A stretch of 64,000 nucleotides of DNA from Acidobacteriota bacterium. GTDB taxonomy: Bacteria; Acidobacteriota; Terriglobia; Versatilivoradales; Versatilivoraceae. The position numbers were made by a program, and so were the translations under genes. Below are positions 1 through 9,839 of this stretch, piece by piece. The first letter of the stretch is position 1. Every line of letters begins with the position of its first letter. Below the pieces are notes generated by a model, which was given only the letters and a program-made list of their open reading frames with translations, did no database searches and had not been told where the DNA came from. Location of the stretch: NCBI GenBank assembly GCA_003224725.1, contig QHZQ01000014.1, forward strand, positions 26,830 to 90,829, given 5' to 3'.

Positions 1-1789
1 ATGGAGGACATCTTAACTGCTCTGGATTTTGTTTATGATAACCCTCGTTTTGTGCCCACGGATGTGATCCTCGTATCCTTCAGCTTAACCGCCTGCATGG
101 CTCGTCGTGCCCACTGCCTGGGGAGCCTCCGATGCCCAGGCCGCCATTCGCAATGCGACTGGCGGCGTGGACTTTATAGGCAACTACCAAAAGGGAATCT
201 CCTGTGGTGTAACCAATGTGCTTGGCCATTTGGTCGATAATGATCGATTCTGCTCCGATGCCATCAAGAGTGGCATGGCGTTTCTGGACGACGCAAAACG
301 CGACATGGCCAAAATACAAATCCCTGTAACTTGGTTGTACGGGAAATACGATGATTGGATTAATCCCGGGCGAATCCGTGACATTATGAGCATCAAGGCT
401 AAGGGTCCGCGGGAAGTTGTTGAATTGCCCACTGGGCATATGCCCACAACGAATGAAGAGGCTTTGCAGACTTATCGGCTCATCACAAAGTACATCTGGC
501 GTTATTTGTTTATCGAGGATACGGAAATTCTGGATTCCCCCCCTTCTGGTGCCACCAAATTAAGAAATGCTGAATGGAGTCGTACCCCCAAGTCTGCCAT
601 AAGGAATCAGACAGATTACTGGGAAAAATATCTTCTAGGCCAGGGACAGCTAGAAATTGGATTTGACGTGATGGCTGAGACTCAGGAGTATCAAGGGTTC
701 ATGGCAAAACAGATCGAATTGCTGGAAATCCACTCAAGAGAATTGGTTGGGGATTTAGGGAGCGGTACGGGATTGTTTAATCAGGCGTTGATGAATGATG
801 AGAAGTATCGACGTTTGTTTCGAAGTTCAAACGGTAGTTGCCCTAAGATACTTACCGTCGATTTTGTGAATTCTGCTTTGGAAAAATCCAGGCAGCGACT
901 GTCCCGTGTGGCCGCTCACCATGACCTCAATGAGGGATGTTTCGAATTCAGGTTGGCCAATTTGGAAGTTAGTCGTCTCAAACCTATCTGGAGGCTTTTG
1001 CAGGGTGAATACTTCAGTGTAACCAAGCTTAAGGGGAAGATTGAAGGGTTGCCTGATTACTCAGTAGACCTTTGGACAAAAGACTACTCGGAATTCTTAC
1101 ACGAGATCCTGCGCGGCAAGATTCTAACTTCCAAAGATGTCCGTCGTCTCCATAAAGAGTTTTCGCGCGGGGAAGCAGAAATCATTTTGGACATGAACCG
1201 TGCCGCCCGCTTTGTCCTGAAGAAATTGGTAGCGGAAGACTTCAAAGATCCCAGGCAGTTTTGCCACGTTCTCGAAGGCAATCACTTGGATTATTCGAAG
1301 TTGGATACCAGTCTATTAAGGTTTGGAAAGCTAAATTTCCGTAAAAGTACCCTCGATCTTTCTCTTCCATTTCAGGACGCGCAATTCCACAAAATCCTCA
1401 GCAGTATCGTCCTCTCTTATTTATTTAATCCGGAAGAGTCACTGCAGGAATTTCACCGAATTCTCAAGCCGGAAGGGAAACTAGTGGTTTCCACATTTAG
1501 ACCCGATGTAGATATGTCCAGAGTCTATACGAGATTGATTCAACAGGTTGAAACTAACCCTGACTATGTGATTCCCCACAACATGACAAGGGATGACTTT
1601 CTCAATGCGGTCAGGTCCTTTGCCAACTCTGCGGCCTTCTTACTGCATTTGGAAGAAGAAGGGCATTTTAGATTTCTTAGTCGAGTTGAGTTGAAGACTC
1701 TGCTTGAATCGGCTGGCTTTGACAGAATCAATCTTTACGACTCTTTCGGATACCCCCCTCAAGCATACATCGCTGTGGCTTCGAAGTGA
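1..1789 (+). CDS. 5'-partial alpha/beta-hydrolase fused to class I SAM-dependent methyltransferase domain (possible frameshift near nt 90-105)
   Basis: Frame-1 ORF 1..240 reads protein-like up to about nt 95 (..VILVSFSLTA, nucleophile-elbow-like). Frame 2 reads protein-like from about nt 89 onward (..GHMPTTNEE catalytic-His region). The C-terminal half has MTase motif I LVGDLGSGTGLF and motif III LKPEGKLVVSTF, with an insertion of about 150 aa between the motifs. Stop at 1787-1789. Confidence 0.5.
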
Positions 1790-2029
1790 CCTGTTCGGCG
1801 CCACCCTTACTTTAGCTGACCCCCAGGCGATTCTCGTGGCTTCCTGGTTAATGACCTTTATGCAGGGCGGCCTTGCCTAAAGGCACCACCTAGGTTTATA
1901 GGGTCAACATCACAAAGAGGTCATGCCATTTTTTCTTCACCAGCATATGCACGCACCCTTCCGCAGGATCATTAACCCTGGGCAAATTCGAAATTAGGTG
2001 GTGATCAGGGCTGGCGGCCTAAATTGACA

Positions 2030-2086
2030 GGGGTTTCCATTTCCGCTAGGATGATGTTCTTCTGACGTAGATGAGATGGAAACCCC
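2030..2086 (+). promoter_or_regulatory. long inverted repeat (11-14 bp stem GGGGTTTCCAT/ATGGAAACCCC, loop about 35 nt) 40 nt upstream of ribA start, with a mini-ORF (AGGA..ATGATGTTCTTCTGA) in the loop
   Basis: Perfect 11-bp inverted repeat read directly from the sequence. Function unknown (leader/attenuator-like). Confidence 0.35.
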
Positions 2087-2125
2087 CACGTCTTGCCTAA
2101 TTCGCTGGTTTGAGAACCTAAGAAA

Positions 2126-2725
2126 ATGGGTGTCAAAAGGGTTACGGCCTCTGTTTTGCCGACCAAGCAAGGGCGATTTAGAATTCTTGGCTACGAAGCG
2201 ACTAACCGAGCGCACAAGTCTTCCTATGTAGTTCTGGTTAAGGGAGATTTAGACTCGACTCATGCTCCTCTAGTTCGTATTCATTCTCAGTGCCTTACCG
2301 GTGACGTTTTTTCTTCCACGCGTTGTGATTGTGGCGATCAGCTAAAGTTTGCCATGCGCCGTATTAACAAAGCTGGGAGAGGCGTGCTTATCTATCACCC
2401 TGAAGAGGGACGTGGGATTGGGCTTCTCAACAAGTTGCTCGCTTATGAACTTCAAGACAAAGGCGCTGATACCGTGGAAGCCAATCGGAAACTGGGATTC
2501 AGCGATGACGAACGAGACTATGCTGCCTGTGCGGCAATCCTGAAGGATTTGGGAATATTAAGAGTCCGCTTGCTTTCAAATAATCCACAGAAACTCAAGG
2601 CCCTGGAAAAGGCTGGAATCCAAGTATTGGAGCGATTGTCCATTGAGATTGCTCCGCGCCGATCTACCCAGTACTACCTGAAGACCAAGAAAGAAAAGCT
2701 CGGTCATCTCCTAACAAAAGTATAG
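2126..2725 (+). CDS. ribA: GTP cyclohydrolase II
   Basis: RIHSQCLTGDVFSSTRCDCGDQL zinc/active-site signature; RGIGLLNKL; 199 aa. Confidence 0.9.
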   Translation: MGVKRVTASVLPTKQGRFRILGYEATNRAHKSSYVVLVKGDLDSTHAPLVRIHSQCLTGDVFSSTRCDCGDQLKFAMRRINKAGRGVLIYHPEEGRGIGLLNKLLAYELQDKGADTVEANRKLGFSDDERDYAACAAILKDLGILRVRLLSNNPQKLKALEKAGIQVLERLSIEIAPRRSTQYYLKTKKEKLGHLLTKV

Positions 2726-2799
2726 GCCCAGCGGTTTTTAAGGCTTTGCTTCACTGGAAGGTCAATCCCGTTCGACCCTTTAAGAAGTATAAGAAATAA

Positions 2800-4245
2800 A
2801 TGGGTCTGATGTGTCTCAGAGTTGTTAGGTTTCTCATTGTTTCGGGATTTCTTTGTCTGTTGCAGGTTTCCTGGAAACATTTTCCGGCTCCTGATCCCTC
2901 TTGTCTATCGGCGCCTTTCTCGCAAGCGCCTTCGACATCGGACCAATCCTCCTCATCGCAGAAATTCCCACCGAACGAAGCGAATCCCGTAGCCCACGTG
3001 CTGATTTCTCTCGTGATTATATTGCTGTCGGCCAAAGTCGGGGGCGACCTTTTTGAACGCATCAAGCAACCTGCTGTTTTAGGTGAACTGGTTTTTGGCG
3101 TGGTTATGGGTAATCTAGCACTCGTGGGATTTCATGGGTTGGAATATTTGAAAAGTGACGAAATCATCAGCATGTTGGCGGAAATCGGAGTCATTCTTCT
3201 TCTTTTCGAAGTGGGGCTTGAGTCCAACATAAAAGAGATGATGGAGGTGGGAATTTCTTCATTTCTAGTGGCGCTATTGGGCGTGGTCGCCCCGATGATA
3301 TTAGGATGGGCCGTGGGCGCTTTCTTCCTCCCGCAAGCAAACACATTGGTCCATGTCTTTATTGGTGCAACGCTCTCTGCCACCAGCGTGGGGATCACTG
3401 CACGAGTGTTGAAAGATCTGGGAAAGACTAGTGAAAAAGAATCTCGCATCATTCTGGGCGCTGCGGTGATCGACGATGTGATGGGTTTGGTAATCTTAGC
3501 CGCCGTTACGGGCATTATCAAAGCGGCCAACGAGGGTAGCGCCAGCATTTCAAGCTGGGACATAGGTGTTATCATTTTCAAGGCGGTAGCTTTCTTGGTG
3601 ATTGCAATTTGGGCAGGGTCGCGTCTTTCGCCCCTAATGTTCGGGATCGCGTCGAAGCTCAAAATTCGAGGTATGCTTCTGGCAACCAGCATTTCTTTTT
3701 GTTTCCTGCTTTCTTATCTGGCGAACAGAATAGAATTGGCACCCATTGTGGGAGCGTTTGCGGCCGGTCTAATCTTAGATCCAGTACACTATGAAGACTT
3801 CACAGATCGTGGAGATCATTCCATAGAGGAATTAGTCCAGCCAATCAGTTCTTTTCTGGTGCCCATTTTCTTTGTGCTTATGGGGGCTCGCGTCAATCTG
3901 GGCAATTTTGCGAAAATCGACATTTTGGGATTTGCAGCGGCGTTGACCTTGGCGGCCATTCTGGGTAAGCAAGTTTGTTCTTTCGGAATCGTAGAGAAAG
4001 GCCTCGACCGTCTCTCTGTGGGAGTTGGAATGATACCGCGAGGGGAAGTGGGACTCATTTTTGCGAGCATTGGGGCCTCATTGATGTTGAAGGGCAGTCC
4101 CGTAGTAAGCTCTTCGACCTATTCAGCGGTGATCATTGTGGTCATAGTAACAACGCTCATCACCCCACCAGCTCTGAAAATGACGCTGACACGAGCTGAG
4201 GTGACCAAGCGAAGCCGGGTTCTTACTTCCAATTCTCAAGAATGA
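2800..4245 (+). CDS. cation:proton antiporter (CPA2/Kef-type Na+/H+ exchanger family)
   Basis: Multi-TM protein with LGELVFGVVMGN and EIGVILLLFEVGLES motifs typical of CPA antiporters. An alternative in-frame GTG start at about 2998 (VAHVLISLV..) would remove an atypical Ser-rich N-terminus. Confidence 0.75.
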   Translation: MGLMCLRVVRFLIVSGFLCLLQVSWKHFPAPDPSCLSAPFSQAPSTSDQSSSSQKFPPNEANPVAHVLISLVIILLSAKVGGDLFERIKQPAVLGELVFGVVMGNLALVGFHGLEYLKSDEIISMLAEIGVILLLFEVGLESNIKEMMEVGISSFLVALLGVVAPMILGWAVGAFFLPQANTLVHVFIGATLSATSVGITARVLKDLGKTSEKESRIILGAAVIDDVMGLVILAAVTGIIKAANEGSASISSWDIGVIIFKAVAFLVIAIWAGSRLSPLMFGIASKLKIRGMLLATSISFCFLLSYLANRIELAPIVGAFAAGLILDPVHYEDFTDRGDHSIEELVQPISSFLVPIFFVLMGARVNLGNFAKIDILGFAAALTLAAILGKQVCSFGIVEKGLDRLSVGVGMIPRGEVGLIFASIGASLMLKGSPVVSSSTYSAVIIVVIVTTLITPPALKMTLTRAEVTKRSRVLTSNSQE

Positions 4246-4416
4246 ACCCCTCCTCCAAGGCATACGCGCCCATTTGGCCCAGGAAAAAGTGACGCCCTTG
4301 AAAATCTTGGGACAATCATTCATTCCACATGAGACCAGTCGCGGGTCTGCCGCTCAAGAATACGTCAGCTTTATTTTAGAATTCTTTTCGACAACCAAAG
4401 GTTAGGTGCGCCAGCT

Positions 4417-4950
4417 ATGAGAAGGACATTCAAACTCTCAATGCTTCTTCTGACCTTAGGCTCCTTTTTCGGTTGTACTTCGAGGGGAATTCAAGAAGAA
4501 TCTAAAGGGCCTGCTGTCGAAGGTGAAAAGGCACCAAGTTTCTCGTTCAAGGATCAATTCGGCAAGCAATTTTCGCTCTCTAATTTTCAAGGAAAGGTGG
4601 TCCTGATCAATTTTTGGGCTACTTGGTGCATTCCCTGTCGTGACGAGATGCCTTCCCTGGATTTCTTGCAGCGGCAGATGGACCAAAGTCAATTTGCCAT
4701 TTTGGCTTTAAGTGTCGATGAATCTTAGGACGCCGTTAGCCAGTTTATAGCCCAGAATGGTTTTACAGTTCCAGTTTACTCCGACTTCGATAGGAAAATT
4801 TCTACGCTCTACGGCACATTCAAATTTCCAGAAACCTATATTCTGGATAAGAAAGGGAAAGTTGCACTCAAGGTCATTGGCCCCACCGACTGGGCCTCAC
4901 GGGAGATGCTGGCTTATCTTCGCAGACTTATTGCTGAGAATAGTTTCTGA
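4417..4950 (+). pseudogene. TlpA/ResA-like thiol-disulfide oxidoreductase (thioredoxin fold, lipoprotein signal) interrupted by an in-frame TAG at 4726-4728
   Basis: Signal peptide plus WCIPC redox motif. The ORF stops at TAG 4726-4728, but the same frame continues ..DAVSQFIAQNGFTVPVYSDFDRKI..KGKVALKVIGP..* to TGA 4948-4950 and completes the thioredoxin fold. Confidence 0.7.
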
Positions 4951-5018
4951 TTTGCGGCTCAGGAACTCGAACGGCCTTCTATAGCAATTCGGATTTGTTG
5001 AGTCAGTCAGTTTTTTGG

Positions 5019-6482
5019 TTAGACGGCACCCAAACCAGGCCCTGTCAGGACTCCTGTACCCAATTGTCCATTGTGGATTTCAAAAATCGAAGGGAATCGG
5101 TCTTTCCATTTTTCGTTGGCGGACGGGACGTATTGGCGGCTGTTCGCCTCAATCGTGGAGACTCCCGGAATATGAGCTGCAAATCCGGCCGACTGAATCA
5201 GAGACGCGCCAGGACAGGTAAGATCTTGAACGCAGAGGAAGGATTTGAATTTTTGGGCCGCCGCCGCCATCAACAACGCGTTCGTCTGACCCTTGCAGAC
5301 CTTAAGGGCAACTCCGGTGTAACCCAGTTGGCGGGACAATTGATAGCTCTCCAAATCCACCAGTGACTCGTCAATCACAACCGGAACGATTTTTGCCGCT
5401 GCATGCATGACATTTTGCAGATTCGATTTCAGATCGCGTGCAGTGGGCTGTTCGATGTACTGGAGACGGGTCAAGCTCGCCGGGGACTGTCTTTTGATTT
5501 CTTCGAGAAACGTGAGCAAATAGTTGACGTCTTTACAACGTTCGTTGAAGTCACAGCAATATTTCCATTGTGTGACACCCCGACGACGTTGAGCCTCTGT
5601 GGCAGCCTTGTCAATCTGGATCATCCGATCGACGTCCACCTTCAAATCGGCTCCGTTGAGCTTGATTTTGAGATGTGTAACACCATCCGACTGTATCCAT
5701 TCATCCAGGGTTTCCGGCAATCCATCGCCAATTCTGTGCTTGATGTCGGATGCAAAAATGGGATCCGATGCTCCTATAGAGTGGTATAGGTAGATGGATT
5801 CAGTCGGCTTCTTCAATAGGTATTGGTCTAGGTATTCCCCTTTGAACTTTGGTCCGAGGTAGAAGCTGAGGTCGTGGCTCATATATTGAGGACCATAACC
5901 TTGGTAGCAGTTGATGCCATTTGCCTTCCCATAAGCATCATGGATGGCGGCATCAAATGAACTGGCGACCACCAAGGTGCAAAGTTTCGGAATAGGCTCG
6001 GACAGCTTCATCTTGCCTGACAGCGCTGTGGCTGCGTTGAGAAAGGCGGGCTCAAGCTCCCAGGCGATATCGATGGGATGAGCCGTTTCTGAGTATGCGG
6101 CTGTGATGTCTCGGATCTCAGTTGCCAGCCGTTTCATAGCCTCCAGAGTCTGGTCATAGCTGACAACTTGGGAGGGGAAGGACCATGCGTTGCCAAGTGG
6201 CATCGAGCCGAAGCCAGATGCGTTTCTGCCGGAAGGCGTTTCAACCTTGACACGGACATTCAACAAGGTCACCCGGTCCACCGTGCGTCCACCAAATTGG
6301 TAAGGTGCACGATAGTTATACTCCTCAAAATCATGCCTCAAATCGAGCAGATGGATATCGGAGGGTAGGGGTAACCTTTTTGTTCTGGTGTGCTTCTTGT
6401 CTGAAGGCTTCTCAAGTGCCAGGAGATTGAGGAGCGGGGGCGCCAAAAGTCCACCCAGCAACAAAGTTCGACGGCTCATCAT
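5019..6482 (-). CDS. enolase-superfamily (mandelate racemase/muconate lactonizing enzyme family) protein with N-terminal Tat/Sec-type signal
   Basis: KIKLNGADLKVDVDRMIQIDKA, QYIEQP and VVIDESL metal-ligand motifs of the MR/MLE family. N-terminus MMSRRTLLLGGLLAPPLL resembles a twin-arginine signal. Confidence 0.7.
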   Translation of the reverse strand: MMSRRTLLLGGLLAPPLLNLLALEKPSDKKHTRTKRLPLPSDIHLLDLRHDFEEYNYRAPYQFGGRTVDRVTLLNVRVKVETPSGRNASGFGSMPLGNAWSFPSQVVSYDQTLEAMKRLATEIRDITAAYSETAHPIDIAWELEPAFLNAATALSGKMKLSEPIPKLCTLVVASSFDAAIHDAYGKANGINCYQGYGPQYMSHDLSFYLGPKFKGEYLDQYLLKKPTESIYLYHSIGASDPIFASDIKHRIGDGLPETLDEWIQSDGVTHLKIKLNGADLKVDVDRMIQIDKAATEAQRRRGVTQWKYCCDFNERCKDVNYLLTFLEEIKRQSPASLTRLQYIEQPTARDLKSNLQNVMHAAAKIVPVVIDESLVDLESYQLSRQLGYTGVALKVCKGQTNALLMAAAAQKFKSFLCVQDLTCPGASLIQSAGFAAHIPGVSTIEANSRQYVPSANEKWKDRFPSIFEIHNGQLGTGVLTGPGLGAV

Positions 6483-6539
6483 TTATTCCACACTCCCTTC
6501 TTTATGGAAAGCTGAAAAATATAGATCTACTGCCAGTGA

Positions 6540-7421
6540 CTAAGCCTTCATGTCTCTATGCACGACTTTGGTTTTGTAGCCTTGCGAAGATAAGATGCTG
6601 TTGATCTCATCCGTCATCATCACGGATCGGTGCTGCCCTCCGGTGCAGCCTATGGATATGGTCAAATAACTTTTCCCCTCGATGATATAATTGGGAATCA
6701 GAAATAGCAAAAGATCTGAAACTCGTCTCAAGAATTCGGTTGTCTGAGTAAAGGATTTCATGTAAGTGATGACCTCTCTATGCTGTCCCGTCTTCTCTCG
6801 TAATGTTCTAACAAAGTTGGGATTAGGAAGAAACCTTACGTCAAAAACCAGGTCCGATTCCACCGGAACGCCATGCTTGAAGCCAAAGCTAATCAAAGAA
6901 ATAAGCAAAGGGTTGGAAGCCTTCTGTTCCTGAAATTTGTCAGCAACATAACGTCGCAATTCGTGAACATTGAATTTTGTCGTGTCGATCACGGTGTTGG
7001 CGAGTTTCTTAATAGGAGCTAAACGTTTTCTCTCTTCCGCTAGAGCCTTAAGAATGGGCTTATCATGAGTCAGTGGGTGAGGGCGACGTGTTTCACTGTA
7101 GCGCCGGATTAGTGAGGCATCGGAAGCTTCGAGATAGACCAAGTTAACTTCCAACTCATATGTCTTCAACCTTTGAAAGACTTTTGGAAATTTTGCAAGC
7201 TCGGAACCTTCGCGGACGTCGACCACGATGGCAGCACGGTTTATTTGTGCGCCTGCTCGGTTACAAAGTTCTGCAAATTTGAGGATGAGCTCCAGGGGGA
7301 GATTATCCACGCAAAAATAACCGATGTCTTCGAAGGCCTTAAGCACCGTGCCTTTCCCAGAGCCGCTCAGACCGGTGATAATGACGAAAGGGGTATTCGC
7401 CGCTTTCGAAACGTTCTTCAT
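6540..7421 (-). CDS. rapZ: RNase adapter protein RapZ (YhbJ, P-loop NTPase)
   Basis: GLSGSGKGT Walker A, CTGGQHRSV C-terminal motif, 293 aa. Sits downstream of rpoN-hpf. Confidence 0.9.
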   Translation of the reverse strand: MKNVSKAANTPFVIITGLSGSGKGTVLKAFEDIGYFCVDNLPLELILKFAELCNRAGAQINRAAIVVDVREGSELAKFPKVFQRLKTYELEVNLVYLEASDASLIRRYSETRRPHPLTHDKPILKALAEERKRLAPIKKLANTVIDTTKFNVHELRRYVADKFQEQKASNPLLISLISFGFKHGVPVESDLVFDVRFLPNPNFVRTLREKTGQHREVITYMKSFTQTTEFLRRVSDLLLFLIPNYIIEGKSYLTISIGCTGGQHRSVMMTDEINSILSSQGYKTKVVHRDMKA

Positions 7422-7689
7422 AGCCTCTTGACGGAATCGTCGAACCCGAGACGTCGGCGGAACAAGTCTGACAGCCCTTTTCCCACTTTGAGGACACTAG
7501 CGACGGGAAAGCAGGCCATACACGCAGCGCTATGCACTTAGAAACTTTGGAGAGTGTAGTTGGAACTTATGACAACAGAGAGCCAAGTACAACACCATTT
7601 CTCTGTAAAAAGGGCATGCAGTGAAGCAACAATAACTTGTGTAATCATGACTATTCTGGATGAGAGGTACCTCGTCGCTTAACGGTTGT

Positions 7690-8226
7690 TCACGGTTCAA
7701 TTAATCCAAAATTCCCGTCCTTCCGTCGATACACAACGCTTACTCTTTCAGATTCTGCATTTCGAAAGACGATGAATTCACTCCTGGAGCTGGTTACTTC
7801 CTGAACAGCTTCTTCGACGGTCATGGGCTTTGCTGCAAAGGACCTCGATTTGATTACCCGCGGAGTTTCCGAATTGCCACGCGTGGGTTCAACAGCGAAA
7901 GATGAAATAACTGCAGGTAAGCCGGATCCGGGCTTTCTCTTTTTGGCAATCTTTTTGCCTTTATGTTTCAAAGCTTGGCGCTCGATTTTCTCCAGAACCG
8001 CGTTGATGGAGGTATACATGTCGTGAGTTTCTTCGATACCGTTTATTTTAAATGTCCTCGATTTAAGATTGATTTCAGCAATGTGTCGATACTTTTCAAC
8101 CGTCAGGATTACATGAACCTCGATCATTTCCCCTAGAATCTTTCGGATCTTTCTCAGGTGATCTTCGGTAAATCTTTTGATAGCGGGCGTAATTTCAATT
8201 TGTCTGCCGGTGTATTCAACTTTCAT
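7690..8226 (-). CDS. hpf: ribosome hibernation promoting factor (long HPF, sigma-54 modulation protein)
   Basis: Begins MKVEYTGRQIEITPAIK (start chosen at the second Met, 8226); C-terminal extension typical of long HPF; immediately downstream of rpoN. Confidence 0.85.
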   Translation of the reverse strand: MKVEYTGRQIEITPAIKRFTEDHLRKIRKILGEMIEVHVILTVEKYRHIAEINLKSRTFKINGIEETHDMYTSINAVLEKIERQALKHKGKKIAKKRKPGSGLPAVISSFAVEPTRGNSETPRVIKSRSFAAKPMTVEEAVQEVTSSRSEFIVFRNAESERVSVVYRRKDGNFGLIEP

Positions 8227-8330
8227 GACAACCTCGTCAAGTAAATTCGAAGTCCTGATTCGAGCCAATCAAGATAAGCCTTCAGGATGTCACCTTCAAA
8301 GGCTGAACTGGAGAATAAGTGCTCTTACGA

Positions 8331-9833
8331 TTATGTTTGCTTATTGGGGCAATGAGGGGTGGAAAGTTCAGAATTCGTAATCTTAACTCTCCTTTGATGG
8401 GTGCTAGGAATTTTCATGTCTTCGCGATATTTGGCAACGGTTCTTCGGGTAACCATGATCCCTTGATCATTTAGCATCTTAGTGATTTGATCGTCAGTCA
8501 GGGGCTTGGAAGAATCTTCCGCGTCGATGAATTTTTTAACTTTGCGCTTTGCAATGATCAAAGGGATGCCGCTTCCGGCCGGCCCCTGGACGGCCTCGGA
8601 GAAAAAATATCGCAGTTCAAAAACGCCCTGAGGGGTGTGTGCATATTTGTTGGCAACCGCTCGACTGACTGTGGACGGGTGCACGCCCACCTCCTCGGCA
8701 ACATCTTTAATCATCATGGGTCGTAAATGATCAATTCCCTGATCCAGGAACTCCGCCTGACGACGAACGATGGCTTCACAAACCCTAACGATGGTTTGCT
8801 TGCGTTGCTCAATATTCTTAATAAACTGTATCGCCGACGAATATCGCTCTTTAACATAATCTCGGACATCTTTTGAAGACCCATCGTGCTCGATCAGCTT
8901 TTTGTAAGTGGGATTGAGCCTTAGCTGAGGGAGGTCATCTTCGTTGATGGCCACGGAGTAAACATCGTCCGTTTTAACAATGAAGACATCAGGCTCCACA
9001 AGGCGAGTTTCGGTTTTGCTGTATCGTTGTCCAGGCCGGGGATCTAATTTCTTGATGACCTCAATCTGGGCTAAGACAATATTTAATGGCTTGCCTAAGG
9101 ATCGTGCGATGTCCTGATAATGTTTATTTTGAAGATGCTTGAGGTGATTTAGGACGATTTGCGCGGCGATGGAATTCTCCTCACCCAAGTGCCTGAGTTG
9201 AATCATCAGACATTCAGCCAAGTCCCTAGCGCCAACTCCGACGGGATCAAATGTCTGTAGAGTCTTTAACCCTTCGGCCACATCTTCAAGACTGTGGTCT
9301 CCTGTGGCAGCAATTTCTTCAACGGTGGCTGTTAAGTAACCATCTTCATTTAGGTTGCCAATGATTGAAACAATGGCATCCGAGATGTGTGTCGGAACCA
9401 GGGAAAGACTTAACTGCCAGTGCAAATGATCATAAAGGGTTGTGGGCTTGGTCAAAAAGTTTTCGAAGGCCGGTTTCTCAACAATCTCGCTCGGCATCTG
9501 CGTCCTGTAACCAGGATCGAGATAATCATCGAAGAAACTTCCATAATCAATTTGTTCAAACGGATCGGCCCGTTCACCGCTCTGTGCACCACTCTCAATA
9601 ATTTCCTTGTCTGCGGGTTCAACCGACCGTTCTTCCTTGATCTGAGTTTCCTCAATATTGGTCGTCGTCTCCATTTCCTCTTCCAAAACCGGGTTCTCCA
9701 TCAGTTCCTGGGAAATCATTTCAGACAATTCCAGCTTGTTAAGCGCCAGGACGGTTACCATCTGCACTAATCCTGGTGTCAGGATTTGCTTTTGTGCGAG
9801 TTTTACATTCAGCTTCTGCTCTAGAAAAGCCAT
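8331..9833 (-). CDS. rpoN: RNA polymerase sigma-54 factor
   Basis: N-terminal LxLxQxLxxxxQ region, C-terminal RpoN box ..RRTVAKYRE, 500 aa. Confidence 0.95.
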   Translation of the reverse strand: MAFLEQKLNVKLAQKQILTPGLVQMVTVLALNKLELSEMISQELMENPVLEEEMETTTNIEETQIKEERSVEPADKEIIESGAQSGERADPFEQIDYGSFFDDYLDPGYRTQMPSEIVEKPAFENFLTKPTTLYDHLHWQLSLSLVPTHISDAIVSIIGNLNEDGYLTATVEEIAATGDHSLEDVAEGLKTLQTFDPVGVGARDLAECLMIQLRHLGEENSIAAQIVLNHLKHLQNKHYQDIARSLGKPLNIVLAQIEVIKKLDPRPGQRYSKTETRLVEPDVFIVKTDDVYSVAINEDDLPQLRLNPTYKKLIEHDGSSKDVRDYVKERYSSAIQFIKNIEQRKQTIVRVCEAIVRRQAEFLDQGIDHLRPMMIKDVAEEVGVHPSTVSRAVANKYAHTPQGVFELRYFFSEAVQGPAGSGIPLIIAKRKVKKFIDAEDSSKPLTDDQITKMLNDQGIMVTRRTVAKYREDMKIPSTHQRRVKITNSELSTPHCPNKQT

Positions 9834-9839
9834 AAACCT

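Noticed and set aside
1790-2125. Expected FMN (RFN) riboswitch upstream of ribA
   Set aside because: No match to the conserved RFN elements; only an unrelated long inverted repeat is present (reported separately).
3132-3692. 186-aa minus-strand ORF inside the antiporter gene
   Set aside because: Antisense to a well-supported membrane-protein gene; no motifs; spurious.
4995-5366. 123-aa plus-strand ORF inside the enolase-superfamily gene
   Set aside because: Antisense to a motif-supported gene; composition not protein-like.
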